Shown: one piece after another, positions 44,175-49,951 of the stretch
Position numbering within the stretch: position 1 is the stretch's first letter
Layout: the number at the start of each line of letters is the position of its first letter
Source of the DNA: a virus
Lineage: Duplodnaviria > Heunggongvirae > Uroviricota > Caudoviricetes
Direction: 5' to 3' (one strand)
Length of the DNA: 49,951 bases
IMG/VR virus record: IMGVR_UViG_3300021403_000003
Coordinates: 1 to 49,951 of that record
The notes under the pieces: generated by a model
The model's input: the letters and a program-made list of their open reading frames with translations, nothing else
Database searches by the model: none
What the model was told of the DNA's origin: nothing
Made by a program: the position numbers and the translations under genes

Positions 44175-44661
44175 CAGGATCACCATCACTTACTTCACCT
44201 TCAGTTATCAAATGGTGTTTGATTTCCTTGCTGGTCTTACCAGGAGTATATCGAAGCACCCTGGATTTTGATTCGTTGATTACAGCAATATAACTAACCC
44301 AGCTTTTATCATCAGCAAATTTTACATCTGAAGAAGAGAAAATATCACTATTGAATCCTGGTGGGTGAGTGTGATATAGTCCCACAACTTTACTACCTTT
44401 GTAGAAAGCAATCCTGAAAGTCCCGATTTCCTTATCAGACTTACTTGTGATTGGGTTAGTGAAGTAGAACTTCCCATTCCATTCTAGGATCACACCACCA
44501 TATTCAAATTTGGTGGATAGTTTGATACATTCCTTTAAAGCTTCTGTCGCAGCCATATCCATTGTATCAAACCCATTTTGATTCGGGATTGGTTGTGTAA
44601 GTGGATCTGCTGCAAACGCGACTCTGATAAACAGAAGCGCAAGAATCATAATTTTATTCAT
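44161..44661 (-). CDS. secreted stand-alone JAB/MPN-like (DUF4329-like) protein
   Basis: Signal peptide MNKIMILALLFIRVAFA; EYGG.I, YHTHP, FS.SD motifs; opposite strand to its neighbours. Confidence 0.7.
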   Translation of the reverse strand: MNKIMILALLFIRVAFAADPLTQPIPNQNGFDTMDMAATEALKECIKLSTKFEYGGVILEWNGKFYFTNPITSKSDKEIGTFRIAFYKGSKVVGLYHTHPPGFNSDIFSSSDVKFADDKSWVSYIAVINESKSRVLRYTPGKTSKEIKHHLITEGEVSDGDPVSAI

Positions 44662-44773
44662 TAATGTCTCCTTTTAAATCAGACTTTCAACTGGGAAACA
44701 TTGTACTAAATATGACACATAATTCTTTACTTATGTTTCATGTATAATCAAATACTTATATAAGAGGTTACTT

Positions 44774-45157
44774 ATGCAAATAACATTGGATGGTAAGATT
44801 GTCGAAGCAATCAATCGAATTGGCAGTGAAATTTGGGATTTCGCTGATGGTGAAGTCCGTCAACTCAAGCAGGACTATTCTGCTGGTTCTTCTGTATTCA
44901 CAACATACAAGGTTTTGAAGGAAGCAGAGGTGAAGGTAGAAACCAAAGTTGACGAGGTCGTAAATACTGTTGAATTAGAAGTCAGTAAGGTCGAACAAGA
45001 AGCAAAATCAGAAATCGTCATTGAAGAACCAAAGGTCAAAACATTCTTTGAGAAAGTTTCTGATAAAGTGAAGGAACTTGAAAAAGATGTGGTTGATGAA
45101 GTTCACAATCTAGAACAGGGAGTTGCGCATCTGTTTCAGAACAGTGACCCTAAATAA
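44774..45157 (+). CDS. acidic Glu/Val/Lys-rich hypothetical protein
   Basis: 127 aa; GAGG SD; CTAAATA late box at 44706-44712. Confidence 0.6.
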   Translation: MQITLDGKIVEAINRIGSEIWDFADGEVRQLKQDYSAGSSVFTTYKVLKEAEVKVETKVDEVVNTVELEVSKVEQEAKSEIVIEEPKVKTFFEKVSDKVKELEKDVVDEVHNLEQGVAHLFQNSDPK

Positions 45158-45165
45158 GGTAAATA
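45150..45165 (+). promoter_or_regulatory. tandem late promoters
   Basis: TAAATA at 45151 and 45160. Confidence 0.45.
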
Positions 45166-45168
45166 GGA

Positions 45169-45501
45169 ATGGGTGTTGATCTATACATAAACCAAGGTAC
45201 TGACTGGGCTAATACAGTCACTTTTCAGAATGATGATCAAACTCCAGTGGATTTGACTGGATTCACATTTGCTAGTTCTTTTAGGACTTCCTATTACACA
45301 GCAAATACATCCGGAAATCTTTCGATATCTGTTCTTGATGCAGTAAATGGTAATGCATTGATTTCGATGAATTCTGCCGCGAGTTCTAATGTAGCATCAG
45401 GAAGGTATTACTACGACGCAATCATGATTGATACATTTGGTAATGTTACAAGAATTTTGGAAGGTATTTTAACAATCAAACCAGGTGTAACAGTAACATA
45501 A
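45169..45501 (+). CDS. conserved virion/fibre-associated small protein
   Basis: L.I.QG.DW...V, PVDLTG, GRYYYD, RILEG..T..PGVT. Confidence 0.75.
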   Translation: MGVDLYINQGTDWANTVTFQNDDQTPVDLTGFTFASSFRTSYYTANTSGNLSISVLDAVNGNALISMNSAASSNVASGRYYYDAIMIDTFGNVTRILEGILTIKPGVTVT

Positions 45502-47958
45502 ATGGCTATTAACGTAATCCTCGGTAACAATGGTGCATTGATTGTTGCAAAACTCGCTGAGAATATTGCAAACAATGCTAATGCAACTGCACAATCAGCA
45601 TTCGTATTAGCGAACCTTGCGTTTGCTGCAGCAAATGGTTTGCTTGTTGAAGAAGCATTATCTATTGCAAACAGTGCAGCAAACACTGCTAACGCAGCCA
45701 ATAGCCTTTCTAACATAGCATTCAATACTGCTCAAACAGCTGTTACTATATCCACATCTGCTAACTTAGTCGCTCAATCTGCGCTCTTATTGGTTGCAAA
45801 TGCGAATATAACTGGTCAGACTGGTATCATTCTTGCATTGTCTGCAAATGTGGAAGCACAGAGTGCATTTTTCCTTGCTAACACTGCCAACAATAATGCA
45901 GCGAATGCCAATGTTACGGGTCAAACTGCATTCACACTTGCAACAAATGCCAATAACAATGCTGCCAATGCCAATGTAACAGCACAAACAGCAATTTCTC
46001 TTGCTCTCTCAAGTAACACCTTTGGTCAAAGTGTTTTTATCCTTGCAAACAATGCTAATAACACAGCCAATGCAGCATATCACCAAGCCAATTTGGCTTA
46101 TGCTGCAGCAAATGTTGCAAATGTAACAGGCCAGACTGCATTTACTCTTGCTACGACAGCTAATAACAATGCGGCTAATGCAAATGTCACTGGGCAAACC
46201 GCGATCACATTGGCAACAAATGCAGATAATGATGCTGCCAATGCTAATGTCACTGGTCAGACAGCAATTATTTTGGCAACAACTGCCAATGTAACAGGTC
46301 AAACCGGAATTACTCTTGCAATTTCTGCCAATACTCAAGCACAAGCTGCATTTACGCTTGCAAACACAGCGAATACAACAGCAAACCTCGCATATAATCA
46401 AGCCAACAATGCTGTTAATAATGCAGCAAACGCAAACAGTGTAGCACAAACTGCATTAACGTTGGCAATAACTGCTAACAGTAACGCAGTTAACGCAAAT
46501 GTGACTGGTCAGACAGCTATATCACTGGCTATTACAGCAAACATCAATGCCACAACAGCGAATGCTACCGGGCAAACAGCATTCTTGTTAGCAAACACAG
46601 CAAATAACAATGCAGCTAATGCAAATAGTGTAGCCCAAACGGCTTTTTCTTTAGCGATTACAGCTAACAACAATGCTGCCAACGCAAACGTTACCGGCCA
46701 GACAGCGTTCACTCTTGCGACTACTGCGAATGTTAATGCAACAACCGCTAATAATAATGCGGCGAATGCCAATGTGACAGGACAAACAGCGTTTACGTTG
46801 GCTAATACGGCAAACAATAACGCTGCCAATGCTAATGTCACTGGTCAAACAGCAATTATTATCGCTACAGCTGCGTATGGCCAAGCTAATTTGGCTTATG
46901 CTCAAGCTAACAGTGCTGCACAAACAACTGTTGCATTGTTTTCCACTGCAAATACTACTGGTCAAACAGGCATATCATTAGCTGAATCTGCAAATGTAGA
47001 AGCTCAGGCTGCGTATTCATTAGCCCAAACAGCTTATTCAGCAGCGAACAATGCTGCAAATGCTGTATCAGTTTCTGAAAATGGATCTTTGATCATTGCA
47101 GCCGGAAACCTAAATTTCAACAACAGTGCAACAATCAATGTTTCTGTTACAGCCAATGGAACAGGTCAAGCAAATGTAGCCTTTTCTGTCAATACTGCTA
47201 TTTTGTCAAATAGTGGTGGAGCAAATGGTACTGTAAGTTCTATTGGAACAGGTTTAGGATTGAGTGGTGGGACCATCACTACATCTGGTGTGATTTCTGC
47301 CAATATTGCAACAACAACGAATCAGGGTATTGTTCTTCTTGTAGATTCTGTAACATCTACAGATAATGCAAATGCGGCCACAGCAAACTCTGTATCAACT
47401 GCATGGAAATTAGCCAACACAGCTAATAATACTGCAACATCTGCTTACAATCAGGCTAATACCGCAAATGTAGTTGCTCAATCTGTCTTTTCATTAGCTA
47501 ATACAGCCAACAATACTGCTACAGCTGCTTACGCTCAAGCAAATTCTGCTTTTGCTCAGGCAAACAGTGGTGTTAACTTAGCAATTGTTGCTAATTCGCA
47601 AGCTCAAATAGGAATTACCCTTGCAAATACAGCAAACAATAACGCTGCCAATGCAAACGTTACTGGTCAAACAGCAATTTCATTGGCTATATCTGCCAAC
47701 GTTGAAGCACAAGCTGCATTCACTCTGGCGAATACTGCAAATACAACAGCCAATACTGCTTTGTACAAGACCATTTATGTCAATGGGACGCTGGTTGGCT
47801 CTGAGAAAAATCTCAGCATAAATAGCGGAAACACGAGTAATTTGTCCATCGTAGGATTTAATGACTCAACGAATGGTAATGTTGTCATAACGATTGACAC
47901 GAGACTTGGTAACGTTTCTGCAGGTTACCCACCACAATTAGGATACTCAGGAATATGA
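45502..47958 (+). CDS. Ala/Asn/Thr-rich coiled-coil tail fibre
   Basis: About 14 N-x-T-[GA]-QT repeats spaced at 14 or 21 aa; phage fibre repeat ATTTNQGIVLLVDSVTSTD..AATANSV. Confidence 0.75.
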   Translation: MAINVILGNNGALIVAKLAENIANNANATAQSAFVLANLAFAAANGLLVEEALSIANSAANTANAANSLSNIAFNTAQTAVTISTSANLVAQSALLLVANANITGQTGIILALSANVEAQSAFFLANTANNNAANANVTGQTAFTLATNANNNAANANVTAQTAISLALSSNTFGQSVFILANNANNTANAAYHQANLAYAAANVANVTGQTAFTLATTANNNAANANVTGQTAITLATNADNDAANANVTGQTAIILATTANVTGQTGITLAISANTQAQAAFTLANTANTTANLAYNQANNAVNNAANANSVAQTALTLAITANSNAVNANVTGQTAISLAITANINATTANATGQTAFLLANTANNNAANANSVAQTAFSLAITANNNAANANVTGQTAFTLATTANVNATTANNNAANANVTGQTAFTLANTANNNAANANVTGQTAIIIATAAYGQANLAYAQANSAAQTTVALFSTANTTGQTGISLAESANVEAQAAYSLAQTAYSAANNAANAVSVSENGSLIIAAGNLNFNNSATINVSVTANGTGQANVAFSVNTAILSNSGGANGTVSSIGTGLGLSGGTITTSGVISANIATTTNQGIVLLVDSVTSTDNANAATANSVSTAWKLANTANNTATSAYNQANTANVVAQSVFSLANTANNTATAAYAQANSAFAQANSGVNLAIVANSQAQIGITLANTANNNAANANVTGQTAISLAISANVEAQAAFTLANTANTTANTALYKTIYVNGTLVGSEKNLSINSGNTSNLSIVGFNDSTNGNVVITIDTRLGNVSAGYPPQLGYSGI

Positions 47959-48287
47959 GCGGAAATTTTACAAGTAAATCGCTTTCTGCTGGATATGTTG
48001 CTAACACGACAACTATCATCTATAAAGCTCCTAGTAATGCTGTGGGATATCTAAGAGCCCTACACATTAAGAGCAATACTCCAAACATTCAACAGATCAG
48101 TTTGTCTCAGAACATTTCTGGTGTCATTTATCCATGGTATTCATTTGTTTTGGGAAATGGTGATTTGGCTGATGTTTTGGAAAATCAAACTCTTACATTC
48201 AGTCCAAATGACTCTATCATAGGAACAACAAATGTTGCAGATACTAATGCTGCAGCATATCTATCTCACGGTGTTGAGGAACAATAA
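47955..48287 (+). CDS. hypothetical virion-associated protein
   Basis: 110 aa; ATGA overlap; TTIIYKAPSN pattern. Confidence 0.6.
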   Translation: MSGNFTSKSLSAGYVANTTTIIYKAPSNAVGYLRALHIKSNTPNIQQISLSQNISGVIYPWYSFVLGNGDLADVLENQTLTFSPNDSIIGTTNVADTNAAAYLSHGVEEQ

Positions 48288-48291
48288 CCCA

Positions 48292-49695
48292 ATGAAAATT
48301 ATCACAGTTACTGGCGATCAAAGACCTGTTGCAATTGTCGATTATCAAGTCGATGTATATGCTAATGGTGCATTGGGCCTTGCAAATGCCAATCTCAATT
48401 TTGTTAATTCTGCAACAATCAATGCATCCGTCATAGCCAATGGCACAACACAAGCGAATGTTTCATTCAGTGTTAACACTTCTGCTGTAGGTGGTGGAGC
48501 TGTAGGAAACTATGAAGTAGATGTATTTGCCAATGGTACTTCTGTTCTCGCAAATGCAAAACTCAATTTTGTAGATTCAACAAACATCACCGTTCAAGCT
48601 GTTGCTAATGGAACAGCTAATGCAAACATCTCATTTGTTGCCAACACTGCTCTGATATCTAATGCTGCTTACTTTGCAGCGAATGCTGCAAATGTGACTG
48701 GTCAGACAGCATTCACTCTTGCAAACACGGCGAACAACAATGCAGCCAATGCAAATGTAACGGCACAAACTGCTATTACTCTTGCAATTGCAGCTAATAC
48801 AGAAGCTCAGACAGCATTCAACTTGGCAAATAGTGATGTTATTTGGGCTAATGGTACTTCAAGAGTCAATACTGGCAACATAAACTTTGTTAATACTGCT
48901 ACTGTAAATGTTACCGTTACTGCAAATGGTACAACTCAAGGTAATGTTGCATTCACAGTTAATACTTCTGCCGTTGGTGGTACATCAGCTAACGCAAGCA
49001 CAACTGTTCGTGGTATTACTCTCTTAATTGATAGTACAGGGTCTACAGACAACGCAAATGCAGCGACTGCAAATGCAGTCAATCAAACTTTCTTGGTTGC
49101 AAATTCAGCCAACACAACTGCACAAGCCGCAATTGCTTTGGCAGCAAATGCATATGTGTTGGCAAACAGTGATTCTGTTTATCAAAATGGTGTTTTGGGT
49201 CTTGCTACAGCAAATCTGAATTTCAATAATTCAGCTACTGTGAATGTTACTGTTACCGCGAATGGCACAACTCAAGCTAACCTAGCATTTAGTGTCAATA
49301 CTTCTGCCGTAGGTGGTGGAGGTGGTAACTATCAAGCTGATGTGTTACTTGGTGGTTCTTCTATTTTGACAAATGCAAAAATCAATTTGATCAACACTGC
49401 CACAGTAACAGTTTCTGCTGTTGCGAATGGTACGACACAAGCCAACATATCATTCAATGTCCCTATTGGTTCTAACCAACAGGTTCTATTCAGTAATGGT
49501 ACTGCAATTAATGGTCAGGCAAATCTATTGTACAATGTTGCATCAAACACTGTTCATGCAGAAGCCAACATCAAATTGGCTAATGCAACAGCATTGATAT
49601 TCGGTGGTCAACAATCCAATTCAAGTGTGAATTCACATTTTGCAATGGCATACAATGCCACAGCTAACTCTGTTGATATCACCTTCTTAGGATAA
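48292..49695 (+). CDS. repeat-module tail fibre protein
   Basis: Four to five copies of V.ANG.....AN.NF.N.ATVNV.V.ANGT.QAN..F.VNTSA plus a fibre repeat; start moved to ATG 48292. Confidence 0.7.
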   Translation: MKIITVTGDQRPVAIVDYQVDVYANGALGLANANLNFVNSATINASVIANGTTQANVSFSVNTSAVGGGAVGNYEVDVFANGTSVLANAKLNFVDSTNITVQAVANGTANANISFVANTALISNAAYFAANAANVTGQTAFTLANTANNNAANANVTAQTAITLAIAANTEAQTAFNLANSDVIWANGTSRVNTGNINFVNTATVNVTVTANGTTQGNVAFTVNTSAVGGTSANASTTVRGITLLIDSTGSTDNANAATANAVNQTFLVANSANTTAQAAIALAANAYVLANSDSVYQNGVLGLATANLNFNNSATVNVTVTANGTTQANLAFSVNTSAVGGGGGNYQADVLLGGSSILTNAKINLINTATVTVSAVANGTTQANISFNVPIGSNQQVLFSNGTAINGQANLLYNVASNTVHAEANIKLANATALIFGGQQSNSSVNSHFAMAYNATANSVDITFLG

Positions 49696-49698
49696 GAG

Positions 49699-49951
49699 AT
49701 GAGTAATTCTCTCTTCGTTCTAAATTCTTGTAATATCAATGTTGCATCATATGTAAATGCTTCACAAACCATTGTATCATTCAATTGTGCGAATACACTT
49801 GCTAATGTAACTCAGAATTTGGTTGCAAATACCACGACATTCAATCTGAATACGATAGCTGCTGTTATTACTGTACCAAGCACCAATGGTATCAACATAA
49901 CAATGAATGGTGTATCAAACACATACACATTCAATATAACCTCTTTTGGTT
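49699..49951 (+). CDS. partial Asn-rich protein (runs off the window; not in ORF track)
   Basis: ATG 49699: MSNSLFVLNSCNINVASYVNASQ...FNITSFG, open to the window end. Confidence 0.65.
   Translation, partial: MSNSLFVLNSCNINVASYVNASQTIVSFNCANTLANVTQNLVANTTTFNLNTIAAVITVPSTNGINITMNGVSNTYTFNITSFG

Noticed and set aside
45502-49695. Diversity-generating retroelement or invertible fibre cassette
   Set aside because: Repeat differences are mostly synonymous rather than adenine-specific, and no reverse transcriptase or invertase is present in the window.
1-49951. Genome-wide TAG reassignment (code 15-type recoding)
   Set aside because: All large conserved genes are full length in code 11. Eight called genes end in TAG (3226, 4906, 6956, 9605, 15074, 17100, 39122, 44161), and most meet another stop within a few codons.

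Overview
About 50 kb of a large, AT-rich T4-like myovirus (tailed phage) genome. Outer-membrane, SleB and PilZ-type genes point to a Gram-negative, probably proteobacterial, host. 1-14.4 kb: + strand accessory and replication genes (RNA ligase, kinase, phosphoesterase, exonucleases, SleB hydrolase, gp33, gp59, gp32). 15-19.1 kb: a short - strand tail-assembly block (gp2, gp54, gp26-like, gp51-like, tape measure). 19.1-50 kb: + strand head-completion, baseplate and fibre genes (gp4, 48, 53, 27-like, 5, 25, 6, 7, 8, split VrlC/DUF4815, several Ala/Asn-rich fibres, a collagen-like protein, a 2OG-Fe(II) oxygenase). The most striking signals are not in the ORF track. (1) A translation-rescue cluster at 8.3-11.2 kb: an amber-anticodon (CUA) tRNA-like gene, an amber-interrupted leader ORF ending in an RGPP stall-like motif, a Pth2-like peptidyl-tRNA hydrolase gene, and a circularly permuted two-piece tmRNA with tag ANDTAFDEDEGFVELALAA. 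(2) A candidate -1 programmed frameshift (GGATTTT, 7-nt spacer, 9-bp stem) fusing the gp26-like and gp51-like ORFs upstream of the tape measure gene. (3) PagL-like, PilZ and secreted JAB/DUF4329-like accessory genes, and N-x-S/T-sequon-rich fibres. All family calls come from motif recognition by eye; no database searches were run.
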